The position numbers were made by a program, and so were the translations under genes. Positions 28,401 to 42,660 of a stretch of 64,000 nucleotides of DNA are shown in pieces (position 1 is the first letter of the stretch; each line of letters starts with the position of its first letter). The stretch is from the human T2T-CHM13v2.0 reference genome, Homo sapiens. The DNA is taken from NCBI RefSeq assembly GCF_009914755.1, contig NC_060925.1. One strand, 5' to 3'. The notes under the pieces were generated by a model. It searched no databases. It saw only the letters and a program-made list of their open reading frames with translations, and had not been told where the DNA came from.

Positions 28401-31400
28401 ATGAGGCTGTGGGTCCAATACACCCGGTGGTTCCCAATATGTATACCCTGCTAGCTCAAATACCTGAGGAAGCTAAAATGTTCACAGTCCTGACCTAAAG
28501 GATGCCTTCTTCTGCATACCATTACACCCTGACTCCCAGTATTTGCTTGCATTTGAGGATCCTTCTAACCAAATCACCAAGTTAATCTGGTTGGTGTTAC
28601 TTTAGGGGTTCCAAGACAGCCGTCACTTGTTTGGGGAGGCATTACCAAGAGACCTCTCTGAGTTCCTTTACTCTCAGGTTAAAGGTTTGCAACATGTGGA
28701 TGACCTTCTCCTCTGTGCTCCAAATGAGGAAATCTCTCAGGAGGGCAGTAAGGCTCTTCTAAATTTTCTGGCTAATCGAGGATATAAAGTTCCAAAATCT
28801 AAAGCTCAGTTCTGTCAGACTTTAGTGAAGTACCTAGACCTGGTCTTGTCAGAGAGAACCAGGGCATTGGGCAAAGCAGGATTAAACCCATCTTCTCCCC
28901 TGCCCGCCACCCCCCTTTCCCGACCCCAAAACCCTCAAGAAACTGCAAGGCTTCTTAGACATTACAGGATCCTCCAGACTATGGATACCTGGGTATGGTG
29001 AAATAGCTTGTTCCTTATATCACCTAATAAAGGAGACTCAGGCAGCTAAAACTCACTGTCTTATTTGTGAACTGTAGGCTAGAAAGGCCTTTGACCAACT
29101 AAAATAAGCTTGCTTAAGGCACCAGCCTTTAGTCTCCCCATGGGGAAAACATGTAATCTTTATGTGTCAGAAAGAAAGGGAATGGCACTGGGAGTTCTAC
29201 CACAGGCCCAGGGCTCAGCCCAGCAGTCTGTAGGCTCCCTGAGTGAGGAACTAAATTTGGTAGCCAAAGGATGGCCAGCCTCACTCCTGGTAATCACAGC
29301 AGTAGCCCTGCTGGTACCGGAGGCAACTAAGTTAACCATGAGGAATAACTTAACCATTCATATCCCACATAATGTGGGAGGACTACTGCCTTCTAAGGGA
29401 AGTCTCTGGCTAACATACAACTGACTCCTCAGGTATCAAGCTCTGTTATTAGAAGAATCTTCAGTTCAATTAAGAATCTGTCCCTCCCTAAATCCAGTCA
29501 CCTTCCTCCCAGAGGAAGCCGAGGAGCTTGAACATGACTGCAAGCCAAATAGTAGTACAAACCTATGCAGCCAGAGAAGACCTCAAGGAAACCCCCTTAG
29601 AGAACCCAGGCTGGATTCCCTTTGCAGATGGAAGCTCTTTGGTAGAACAAGGAACCCATAAAGCAAGGTATGCAATAGTTACTCTGAATGATATTGTTGA
29701 GAGCACACCTCTCTTCTCAGGTACAAGAGCTTAACTAGCCAAACTAATCACCCTCACAAGGGCATTTGAATTAAGCAAAGGAAAAACAGCCAACATTTAT
29801 ACTGATTCTAAGTACACTTTCCTAGTCCTACATATCCATGGCACTATCTGGAAAGAGAGGATCTTCCTCACAGCTAATGGGTCTCCTATTAAATACCATC
29901 AGGAGATAAATAGACTATTATCCTCCATTTTCCTCCCATGGAAAGTGGCAGTAATACATTGTAAAGGCCACCAAAGAGGGATAGATAAAATAACTGACAG
30001 AAATAGGCTGGTGGGCTGAGCAGCTAAATCAGCAGCAAGGGGGTCCCAGATCTCTGACCCACTTGAATCCCCACTAATCTGGGAAGGCCCCATCAGAGAA
30101 ATAAAACCTCAATATTCTTTTGTGAAAATAGAAGGGGCCACCTCTCAGGGATACATCTTTCAATCCTCAGCATGGCTACAACTGGAGGATGGCAAGCTTC
30201 ATCTACTGACTGCCAACCAGTGGAAAGTTCTTAAAAGGATAAAATCTATCAACTGGCCCAGAGATTGTTCTCAGGTAAAAAACTGATAGAAATGGTTAAA
30301 CAGGTTGTTAATGCTTGTGAGACCTGCCTTAGAAACAATCCTCTTAATTGACAGCTTCTTCCCTCAGGAACCCAAAGTATAGGAGGCTACCCAGGGGAAG
30401 ACTGGCAAATGGATTTCACTCATATGCCAAAAGCAAAGGGCATCCAGTACCTCCTAGTATGGATAGATAATTCACTAACTGGGTAGAAACATTTCCATGC
30501 CAAACAGACAAAGCCTCTAAGGTGACAAAAGTACTAATCAATGAGATAATTCCTTGCCTTGGACTCCCTAACTACCTCCAGAGCAATAATGGTCCCTTGC
30601 TCAAGGTGGCTGTCACCCAAGTGTTCTCAAAGTCACTAGGCACACAGTACCATCTTCATTGTGTCTGGAAACCACAATCCTCAGGAAAGGTAGAAAAGAC
30701 AAATGATATTATCAAAGGCATCTCAGGAAACTATCTTAGGAGACTCACCTCCCCTGGATTACCCTTCTCCCCGTAGCCCTACTGTGTATTAGAAACACTC
30801 CTTCAAAGATAGGTTTGTGTCCCTTCAAAATGATGTATGGACACCCTTTTCTCACCAATGATTTCTTGCTGGACCAAGAAACCTCTGATTTAATTAAACA
30901 CATAACCTTTTTGGCCCATTTCCAACAGCAACTGAAACAACTGTCAGAGGCCCAATCCCATGAACCAAGGCCACTTCTATTAAACCCAGGGGTCCTAGTG
31001 CTAGTAAAGGTACTTCCTTCCCTCTCTCCCTCTATAGGTCCAGGTTGGGAGAGACCTTTCACTGTACTTCTTTCTACTCCTATGGCAGTGAAGGTCACTG
31101 GAATAGAGTCTTGGATTCATTATACTAGATTAATGGCCTGGAAAGCCAATGGAGTCACCTGAGGTGACTCTGTCAACCCAAAAGAGCACTCAAAGTACCA
31201 ATGTGAAGAGATTGGGGACCTCAAGCTAAAAATCACAAAAGATAAGTGTTAATAATTAACCTTCCATGGATATCCTCTTTATAGTCTTTCCCATGCTTGC
31301 TGTTCTTACCTTTGTTCTGTTCTATACAGTGAGGCACAATATTTTTTTCAGAATGATTAGTATATTTCACTTCTTATTGCTGTAATATTTGGCAGTAGAT

Positions 31401-31680
31401 TCCTTCCTTGTATAATACACATGTTTAACCCATGCATACTTAACCTTATAAAAACTTACTTTTTTTTCCTCTCACCTAGAGGCTATCAAACTCCAAATTG
31501 TCAGGCAATGGAACCCCAGATGAACGGCTCCCTTCTGCTTGGGACCCCTAGATAGACCTCTGGGAGAAATCTGACTGCTGTTTTCCCTGAAACAATGCCC
31601 CTTATTAGCAGGAAGTAGCTAGGATTGGTCATTGTCCATATTCTAATGGCAGTTAGATGTGCCTCTTCAGAGGGGAGAAA
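25490..31680 (+). mobile_element. Defective ERV1 internal region (HERV-W/HERV9-related gag-pro-pol, HUERS-type); env deleted, no 5' LTR or PBS
   Basis: gag ATG 26297 with MA motif FDTILQLDFFCKHKGKWSE, CA motif LGKFSDDPDRYI and zinc-knuckle remnants (~27576-27685). RT LQHVDDLLL (~28690), RNase H FADGSS, IN PGEDWQMDFTHMP (~30390), PPT cagaggggagaaa (31668-31680). Many stops and frameshifts. Confidence 0.9.
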
Positions 31681-32427
31681 TGATACAGACAGGAAACAGG
31701 GAAATACTGGTTAGAAGAGGGTGGTTCCCCAGGAAAGACCCTGCCCTCAAGCCTGAAAAACTATGGCCCTAAATGAGAATAGGCATTCTGTTTTTGCAAC
31801 AGAAAGTTGTCTTTTGGCCCACCACACACCCCTATTTTGTACCCATATAAACCTCAAACCCCCAGTTCCACAAGGAGACATACAGGAGAGCAGAATGGCA
31901 GAACAGCAGAGCAGAGAGGAGAAGGAGCATCTGAATATCGAGAGTTCAGTTGGAAATGGTTGGAGAGATTGGCCACTAGACAGGCAAACTCCAGAAGAAG
32001 ATTATCTTCCCACTCCATCCCCTTTCCAGCTCCCCATTCATCCCACTGAGAGCCACCTCTACCACTCAATAAAACCCCCGCATTCACCATCCTCAAGTCT
32101 GTGTGTGAACTGATTCTTCCTGGACAATGGACAAGGACCTGAGTACCAAGGGGGCACTAAGCTGGTTAAAACATAAGCCATCTGCAGATGGCAAAGCTAA
32201 AAAAAGTGTACTGTAACACACACCCATTTGGGCTTTAGGAGTCACAGGCACCCACCTCTAGATGCTACCATGGGGCCGGAGCCCTAAAGTGCATATCCCA
32301 GCTCCTGCACCTGCCTGACTGCCTGCTCATGTTCCTGTAAAGGGATTGAGCACATACGATGGCTGAAAAGATGAGACATACCCTGTCACACGTCCTGTGA
32401 TGGGGGTCACGGGACTCTCCCATTTCA
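31681..32427 (+). mobile_element. LTR1-family 3' LTR of the ERV1
   Basis: Begins TGATACAGACAGG right after the PPT, contains aataaa (~32068) and ends ctcccatttCA. Confidence 0.85.
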
Positions 32428-35400
32428 CTACCGGACACTGGCTCTGAGCTGACATTGATTGCAAGGGACCCAAAACATCATTGTGTTCTTCCTCTTAAAG
32501 TAGGAGCCTATGGAGGTCAGGTAATTAATGAAGTTTTAGCTCAGGTCCAACCTACAGTGCATCTGGTGTGTCCCTGGACTCATCCTGTGGTCATTTCCCC
32601 AGTTTCAGCATGCATAATTGGCAAAGACATACTTAGCAGATAGCAAAACCACCACATTGGCTCCATGAATGGTAGAGTGAGGGCTAATTATGGTGTGAAA
32701 GGCCAAATGGAAGCCATTAGAGCTGCCTCTACCTAGAAAAATAGTAAATCAAAAAGAATATTGCATCCCTGGCAGAGATTAGTGCCACAACAAGATCTTG
32801 AAAAATGCAGGGGTGGTGATTCCCACCACATCCCCATTCAACTCTCCACTTGGCCTGTGCAGAAGACAGATGGATCTTGGAGAATGACACTGGATTATTG
32901 TAAGCTTAACCAAGTGGTGACTCCAATTGCAGCTGCTGTACCAGATGTGGTTTCATTGTTTGAGCAAATTAACACATCTCCTGGTACCTGGTATGTAACC
33001 ATTGATTTGGCAAATGCCTTTTTCTCCATTCCTGTCCATAAGGCCCACCAGAAGCAATTTGCCTTCAGTTGACAAGGCCAGCAATATACCTTTACTGTCC
33101 TACCTCAGCAGTATATCAACTCTCTGGCTTTGTGTCATAATCTTGTTTGGAGTGATTTTGATTGCTTTTGTCTTCTACAAGATATGACACTGGTCCATTA
33201 CACTGATGACATTATGCTGATTGGATCCAGTGAGCAAGAAGTAGCAATCACACTGAACTTACTGAAGTCTGTTGAGATATTTCTTCCAAGGTGAATGATA
33301 AGTTTCTGCATTTGGCCCCTCCTACAACCAAGAAAGAGATGTAACGCTTAGTGGGCCTATTTGGATTTTGGAGGCAACACATTTCTCATTTGGGTGTATT
33401 ACTCTGCCCCATTTATCAAGTTACCTGAAAGGCTGCCAGTTTTGAGTGAGGACCAGAACAGGAGAAGGCTTGGCAACTGGTCCATGCTGCTGTGCAAGCT
33501 GCTCTGCCACTTAAGCCATATGACCCAGCATAGTGCTAGAGGTATCAGTGGCAGATAGGGATGCTGTTTGAAGCCTTTGTCAGGTCCTCATAGGTGAATC
33601 ACAGTGGAGGCCTCTGGGATTTTGGAGCAAGGCCCTGCCATCTTTTGCAGATAACTACTCTCCTTCTGAGAGGCAGCTCTTGGCCTGTTACTGGGCTTTG
33701 GTGGAAACTGAACATTGGACTATGGGTCATCAAGTCACCATGCGACCTGAACTGCATATCATGAACTGGGTGCTTTCTGACCCATCTAGTCATAAAGTGG
33801 GTCATGCACAGCAGCATTCCGTCATCAAATGGAAGTGGAATATTAGTGATCAGGCTCGAGCAGGTCCTGAAGGCATAAGTAAGTTACAAGAGGAAGAGGT
33901 TCAAATGCCCACGGTCACCACTCCTGCCACCCTGCCTTCTCTCCCCCAGCCTGCACTGATGGCCTCCTGGTGAGTTCCCTATGGTCAGTTGACAGAAGAA
34001 CAGAAGACAAGGGCCTGATTTACAGATTCTGCACGATATGCAGGCACCACTAGAAAGTGGACAGCTGCAGCACTACAGCCCCTCTGTAGCACTGCAGCCG
34101 GTTTCTGTCCCTGAAGGACATTGGTGAAGGAAAATCTTCCCAATGGGCAGAAAATTAAGCAGTGCAACTGGTGTGCACTTTGCATAGAAGGAGAAATTGC
34201 CAGATGTGTGATTATATACTGATTGATGAGCTATAGCCAGTGGCTTGGCTAGATGGTCAGGGACTTGGAAGAAGCATGACTGGAAAATTGATGATAAAAA
34301 AAAATTGGGGGAACAGGTATGTGGATGGATCTCTCTGAGTGGTCAAAAACTGAAGATATTTGTATCACATGTGAGTGCTCACCAATGGGTGACCTCAGCA
34401 GAGGGAGATTTTAATAATCAAGTGGATAGGATGACTCGTTCTGTGGACACCACTCAGCCTCTTTCCCCAGCCACCCCCGTCATCGCTTAATGGGCCCATG
34501 AACAAAGTGGATATGGTGTCAGGGGTGGAAGTTATGCATGGGCTCAGCAACATGGACTTTCACTTACCAAGGCTGACCTGACTATGGTCACCACTGAGTG
34601 CCCAATTTGCCCATGGCAGAGACCAACACTGAGCCCTCGATATGGCACCATTCCTTGGGGTGATCAGCCAGCTACTTGGTGGCAGGTTGATTATATTGAA
34701 CCTCTTCCATCATGAAGAGGGCAGTGGTTTGTCCTCACCAGAATACACTTACTCCAGAGATGGGTTTGCCTATCCTGCACACAATGCTTCTGCCAAGAAT
34801 ACCATCAGTGGACTCATGGACTGCCTTAATCACTGTCCTGGTATTCCATATAGTATTGCCTCTGACCAAGGCACTGACTTTATGGCTAATGAAGTGCAGC
34901 AGTGGGCTCATGCTCATGGAATTTCCTGGTTTTATGATGTTCTCTATCATCTTGAAGCAGCTGGATTGATAGAACGGTGGAATGGCATCCTGAAGTAATA
35001 ATTACAATGCCAACTAGGTAACTATACTTTGCAGGGCTGGGGCAAAGTTCTCCAGAAGGCTGTGTATGCTCTGAATCAGCATCCACTATATAGTACTGTT
35101 TCTCCCACAGCCAGGATTGATAGGTCCAGGAATCACGGGGTGGAAGTGGAAGTGGCACCACTCACCATCACCCCTAGTGACCCACTAGCAAAATTTTTGC
35201 TTCCTGTTCCCATGACATTACATTCTGCTGGCCTGGAGGTCTTAGTTACAGAGAGAGGAATGCTGCCACCAGGAGACACAACAATGATTCCATTAAATTG
35301 GAAGTTAAGATTGTCACCTGGACACTTTGGGCTCCTTCTACATCTGAGTCAACAGGCTAAGAAGGGAGTTACAGTGTGGGCTGGGGTGATTGAGCCAGAC

Positions 35401-36035
35401 TATCAAGATGAAATCAGTCTACTACTCCACAATGGAGGTAAGGAAGAGTATGCATGTGAGATCCCTTAGGGAATCTCTTAGGATTATCATGCCCTGTGAT
35501 TAAGGTCAATGGGAAACTACAACAGCCCAATTCAGACAGGACTACAAATGGCCTAGACCATTCAGGAATGAAGGTTTGGGTCACTTCACCAGGTAAAAAA
35601 CAATGACCTGCTGAGGTGCTTGCTGAAGGCAAAAGAGATATAAAATGGGTAGTAGAAGAAGGTAGTCATTAATACCAGCTACGACCACGTGACCAGTTGC
35701 AAAAATGAGGACTATAATTGTCATGAGTATCTCCTCCTTATTTTGTTAAGTACCTGGTTGTACATGTGTACACTTGTACTAAGAAAATATATTCATTTTA
35801 TTTCCTTTTTTTCATTTGTCATGTGACATAAGATTTATTGACTTCATGTCAGCATTTAAGTGTTGTTAACTTTGTGTAATAGCATTTGGATTGGGGATTG
35901 GAGCATTTCCGATTGTACAAAGGATAGTTAGTTGTATTATGTTAGGTGTAATTATGACCCTATTATTTTCTTTATTTAAAAAATATGTATGATTTCAGGA
36001 GATGTGTATGTGTTCAAGTTGACAAGGGGTGGACT
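32428..36035 (+). mobile_element. HERV-L internal 3' part (protease, RT, RNase H, IN, dUTPase), defective
   Basis: Protease DTGSELTLI...[33 protein letters not shown] / [11 protein letters not shown] / YTDD, IN IASDQGTDF...EAAGLIERWNG, dUTPase AGVIEPDYQDEI (35029-35469), PPT gacaaggggtggac. Confidence 0.92.
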
Positions 36036-36577
36036 TGTGATGGTTAATACTGAGTGTCAACTTGATTGGATTGAAGGATGTAAAGTATTGATCCTGGGTG
36101 TGTCTGTGAGGGTGCTGACAAAGGAGATTAACATTTGAGTCAGTGGACTAGGAGAGGCAGACCCAACCTCAGTCTGGTTGGGTAGCATCTAATCAGCTGC
36201 CAGCATGGCTAGGATAAAAGCATCCAGAAGAACATGGAAGGACTAGACTAGCTAAGTCTTCTGGCATCCATCTTCTTCCCGTACTGGATGGTTTCTGCCC
36301 TTGAACATTGAACTCCAAGTTCTTCAGCTTTTAGACTCTTGGACCTACACCACTGGTTTGCCAGTGGCTCTCAGGCCTTCGGCCACAGACTGAAGGCTGC
36401 ACTGTCGACTTCCCTACTTTTGAGGTTTTAGGACTCGGACTGGCTTTTTTGCTCCTCAGCTTGCACACGGCCTATTGTGGGACTTCACCTTGTGACTGTG
36501 TGAGCCGATACTCCTTAATAAACTCCCTTTCATATATACATGTATCCTATTAATCCTGTCCCTCTAGAGAACGCTGA
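36036..36577 (+). mobile_element. MLT2A (MLT2A2-like) 3' LTR of HERV-L
   Basis: Starts tgtgatggttaatactgagtgtcaacttgattgga; ends near cctgtccctctagagaac. Confidence 0.9.
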
Positions 36578-36806
36578 ATTTCATTTACTGAGTGTTTTGA
36601 ATATTCTTTGCTCTCATATGCTAACATAACGGGAAAACTTAAAATGGAAGTATTCTCTTTGTCTTCTAAGGCCAATAACTTTTATTAGAACTTAAAATTA
36701 ATAAATCTGTTTTGTTATTTATTAGCATTCAGTACCAATTTACATTTATAATTCATAAAACATTTTCTTAGTCATTACAGAATTTGATTTAAAAAATAAT
36801 AATCCT

Positions 36807-37100
36807 GGCCGGGCGGGGTGGCTCACACCTGTAATCCCAGCACTTTGGGAGGCCAAGGTGGGCGGATCATAAGGTCAGGAGATTAAGACCATCCTGGCGA
36901 ACACGGGGAAACCCGTCTCTGCTAAAAAAAATATGAAAAAATTAGCCGGGCGTGGTGGCAGGCACCTGTAGTCCCAGCCACTCAGGAGGCTGAGGCAGGA
37001 GAATGGCATGAACCCAGGAGTCGGAGCTTGCAGTGAGCTGAGATAGTGCCACTGCACTCCAGCCTGGGTGACAGAGCGAGACTCCATATCAAGAAAATAA
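36807..37100 (+). mobile_element. AluY
   Basis: AluY-type body (ggagcttgcagtgag) with a degenerate TSD ending aatcct on both sides. Confidence 0.9.
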
Positions 37101-39089
37101 AAAATCCTTCTAGGTATCACCATTATACACATATAACCAGTAAGGAAGCATACTCAGAGTTTAAGCACACAACTAGTGCACGGCAGAGCTAGGACTCAAA
37201 CTCATGTCTTCCAACTCCAGCATCTATGCATGATAAGGGCTTGATGAAAGAAGCAACTTTGGGGACATATACAAATTTAAATTATTCCTATTACTTTTAA
37301 CAAGTTAAAATGATCCTACATATTTCAAAATGTCTAATTAAAACATTTTGATAATGTCTTTTTAAAATACACCATCTGTGATTCAAATATTGTACATAAA
37401 TAACATTAATGATTAATCTGTGGTTCATTTTTAGTATCTACATTATTAACTCATAGTCAAAGTGAATTGCAATCCTAGTCTAAAAAGTTCACCAACAAAT
37501 ACATCTATCATTAAAGGAAAAATTTCTCAAAGTTGTTCTTTTAGCTAATTATTAATAAGATCTTGAAAGTAAACTTTTTCAATTCTACCACGTTGATATG
37601 TAATAATACATCAGGTTGGGGAAGTATTTTAACTACAGCATTGTCTTTACTCATAAACTCTTACGTTAGCATATGGAAAATTACATTTAAGAAGACCTTC
37701 CTCCCTGCCCCTGTCAGCAATTGATAACTGTGTTACAAAGATTTCTTCCACTGTTATTCTAAAATACAAACCTGATTTGTAACCAACAAAAACTAACTGG
37801 AGAGAGAGTGACGCATTATTACTGTTATGCAAATGGAGATTCAATCCTGATTCTCAGAATGTGTTTCTATAAAGCAGACAATTATACTAGGTGCAAAAGC
37901 ACCATGCTGGGTTTTTTGAACTGAGCAGAAGTAGCGCTGCATTTTAGGGACCACAAAATAAACCCAGAGACTGTTTCACTAATTAAAGAACAATGCTCAT
38001 TTACCACTACAAAGAAGAGGCCAAAATATTTTCTAATTCTCTTTGTAACTTTTTTGTGACACATGGGTCATTTGAAACATGTGGATATTTTTCTAGTTCT
38101 TTCTCATTACTGATTCCTAGCTTAATTTATTGTGTCCAAAGATATACTCTGTATGACTTCACCCCTTTGAAATTTGTGGAGAATTTATTTTAAGGCTCTG
38201 ATATTTATATACATAAGAATTCAGAAATATTTTGTCTTTCTCTTGAATTAAAACATTTATCATTTTGAAATGACTCTCTTTATCTCCTTTCTTTTCTCCT
38301 GCTTGTCTTCTTCCCCTCCTGCTTCTCCTTTCCTCCTCTTTCTTCCTTCTCCTTTCACATACTATACATACATTGCTCTAGACAAAGCAAAAGAGGTTGA
38401 CTTTTAATTTATGAAAAATGTTAATCCAATTGCTCTGAAAGAAAGTTGAATGATTTACAAAAACTATGTCAATCTCATTTTAAGAAAACAGTGTATATTT
38501 CATATGACTTCATGTGATGGGTGCATTCAGGTGGCGGGAACTTAATGACACCGCCAGTTTGCTGTGGCACACAGTTCTTTCCTTGTGGATGAGGATGTGT
38601 CTGCTAACCACCAAATACCTTCATTTACCAATATCACAGGGGATATCACTGGGAAGACTGCTTTGTATGACCTGTCCTAACACAAATTTTCTGTTAATTT
38701 GATCTGGGTTTTTCCTTCCCACAGCAGGTTCAATATTACACTAAACTTCACTGAGGACAAAAGGATTCTTCCCTAGCACAGAAATGCAGGAATATGGTAT
38801 TAGGGTTTCAACACCAGTTGATGGACTGGCTATTGCCCTAAATGCTGTTACCCATGACTAGAGCATTTGTTACATTTATCTTTCTGAACAGATATTGATC
38901 AATGGCTATTTTCCTACCAACAATAGAAAATACGTGTTTATTGAGCCCTCATCCTCTGCCAGCATTATAGAAGTGTGTATCATAGAGGTATTTAGTCCCC
39001 AATTTGATATAATCATCCTGTTTAAAGGAGCTAAATTGGATGACACAAATGGTCATTGCTCAAAGGAAGCTGAAATACTCCTGTCATTT

Positions 39090-39700
39090 GTATGTTCATA
39101 AACACTTGCAAAATACTTCCTAAGACTTCTCTAATCCTCAGGATGACTTCATGGACAGCTATTATAATAAAGAGCTTCTAGTAGAGGGAACTGAAGTTTA
39201 GAGATGTTAAGTAATTTATCCAAGTTCCCTTTAGTGGTGGTAGAGTAGGGTGCCAGGGCATAGTAGAAAGGGCATGGTGTCAGAGTCCTGAATTCAAGTT
39301 CCACCATCTCCATCATTTCCTAACTGTGGTACCTTGGACAGGTTTCTTAAATATATCTGAGCCTGTTTTTGATATGTCTTGGCTTTGACACGGGGTTCTT
39401 GATGGTTTTAAATTAATGAGTGTGGAAGTGTCTGGAACCTGAAAAGTGTTGTCAGAGTGTGAGTCACTATTATTTAATCTTGACGTAAGTGATGACAGTG
39501 TCACAGACCACATTTCAAGTCAACAGAACTGGCTCTAATTAGCAAGTGCTCCATGAATTTGAGTGTGTTACTTGAGCTCTCTGGGTATCTGTCCCCTCAG
39601 CTGTAAAATATGTATTATAATGCAACCTTTTATGTTGTGAATATTGACCAACACAGCAGAGTGAAGTGTGGAGCATGGCTCACAGGAGGTACTTGATGAA
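39090..39700. mobile_element. Cluster of MIR fragments, both orientations
   Basis: Core motifs gggaactgaagtttagagatgttaagtaatttatccaag, ccttggacaggtttcttaa...ctgagcctg and cctcagctgtaaaat. Confidence 0.55.
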
Positions 39701-40289
39701 CGTCAAGGCTCCTCTTTCTGGCTTCAGACCACTGTCTGTTAGGACAGCACCATCTACTCAGGAGAGCACTGCCTGGCTTAGTGTAACACAGAACAGCTGT
39801 AATGGACCATGCACTATTCCATGGGTGAGAAATCTTACATAGAGTGGTGTGTATCGTACATATCAGAGCCTTTTTCAGGTCACAGAGCTAATGGCAGAGT
39901 TGAGAGTTGAACTCCATTCTGATTTCAAATCCAGTACTTTTGAACAGTGTTACAGTAATCTCAGTAACAGCATTCTTTTTACTATCCTTGCCCTATAGAA
40001 GTGATTCATATTAAGAGCACCTCAGTATATGTAGATAGCATTGCTAGTGCAGTTGAATCAAACCTGAATTGTTCTACATCACAAATAGCCAGTATAGGAG
40101 TTTAAGCACAGAAAGGGTTTCTCTGTATATCTTCTAGTATTCACTGCAACCGAATCACAGAAATTATTTGGTTTCTATGCCTGGTGTTCATGCCTGTGCT
40201 CCCTTGGAAACAAGTTATCCACTTTTAATGTCTATGTTTTACTTGTCTTTTAAATTCCCTGTACTTATCATTTCAGATATTTTATACTT

Positions 40290-41367
<1,078 letters not shown>

Positions 41368-41500
41368 TGACTGTAAGATGCAATGGAAAGAGCCTAGCAC
41401 TGAGGAAATCAAGAAATGCAAATTCCGTTTTCAAATTTGGCATTACCTAGCTGTTGCACCTTATTAGAAACATAACTACTACTCCTACAACAGCTTGAAA

Positions 41501-42189
41501 TGTTACAGGTAGATAGATAGGCATGAGTGGGACAGGAGAGGCCTCTCCCCCAATGCAGTAGAAATGTTTGGTGATAGGTAAGCCATTTTCACATTGCATT
41601 TCTAAAAGTGATAAATTGGCAGCTGGTGTCAGGGAGAGACCCTTTCCTGATGGCCCATACCTGTTAACATTAAAATGTTAACTAAATGCAGACCCCAGGG
41701 AGAAGCAACTTCCTGGGCGTGCAGTTAAGAGACAAAGTGGTGAAATATGACCTTCCAGTTACACTCCACCAGAAAAGGGAAGAAAGCCTCAGATGGGCAT
41801 GCACACGACTTCGTAAACACACTGCATGTGCTCAATTCCCAAGGTTAAGAAGAGCACTGCACATGCAGGCAGCCCACCCTAAGGGAAGAATCCTGGGAAA
41901 GAGATCAGCCTATCAAGCTCTGGGATCAAGGTTAAAGGCTCTTTTTCTCTCTTTGATCTTCAGGTGCCCACTTGGATTTCTTTTAAGAGTTCTTTCCTTT
42001 CTTTCCTCTTCTAAAGCCTTTTTAATAAACTTCCCCTTCTGCTCTGGAACTTGCCTCAGTCTCTTTTTCTGCTTTATGCCCCTCAGTCAAATTCTTTCTT
42101 CTGAGAAGACAAGGGCTGAAGTTGCTGCAGACCCCCATGAATATGCTATCAGTAACTCAGGGTAACTCAGATCTCTTCCACCACTAACA
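41501..42189 (+). mobile_element. MER50-like ERV1 solo LTR
   Basis: TGTTACAGG...ccactaaCA, 4-bp TSD GAAA on both sides, aataaa near 42024. Confidence 0.85.
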
Positions 42190-42225
42190 GAAATACCACG
42201 AAGTGAGTCTGAATTATTACTAACT

Positions 42226-42660
42226 ATATTAGTTTCTTGTTGCCACTGTAACAAATTACCACAAAGTTAGTAGCTTAAAAGAACACAAATGTAATCTCTT
42301 AGTTCTAGAGGGAGGTCAAGGTGTTGAGTCCTCCTGGGGACTCTAGAGGAAAATCCATTTCCTCACCATTTTCAGCCCTTAGAGGCCCCTGCACTCCTTG
42401 ATCATGGCCCCTTCCTGGGATCACTTCCACCTCTTGCTTCATTATCATGTCTCCTACTCCTCTCTGACTTCTCCTACGTCCTTCATATAAATACCATTGT
42501 GATTTCATTGTGCCCCCTTGAGTAATGCAGGAGAATCCCCTCATCTCAAGATCCTTGACTAGGACACAATTGCAAAGTTTCTTTTACCATACAAGGAAAT
42601 ATTCAGAGGTTTTGGAGGTCAGGATGTGGGCATATCTAAGGAGCATCATTCAGCCTACCA
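42226..42660 (-). mobile_element. MLT1C/D-like MaLR LTR
   Basis: tattagtttcttgttgccactgtaacaaattaccacaaag...cattcagcctacca. Confidence 0.7.

Noticed and set aside
41686-42165. 159-aa ORF
   Set aside because: It lies wholly inside a MER50-like LTR and has no recognisable motif.
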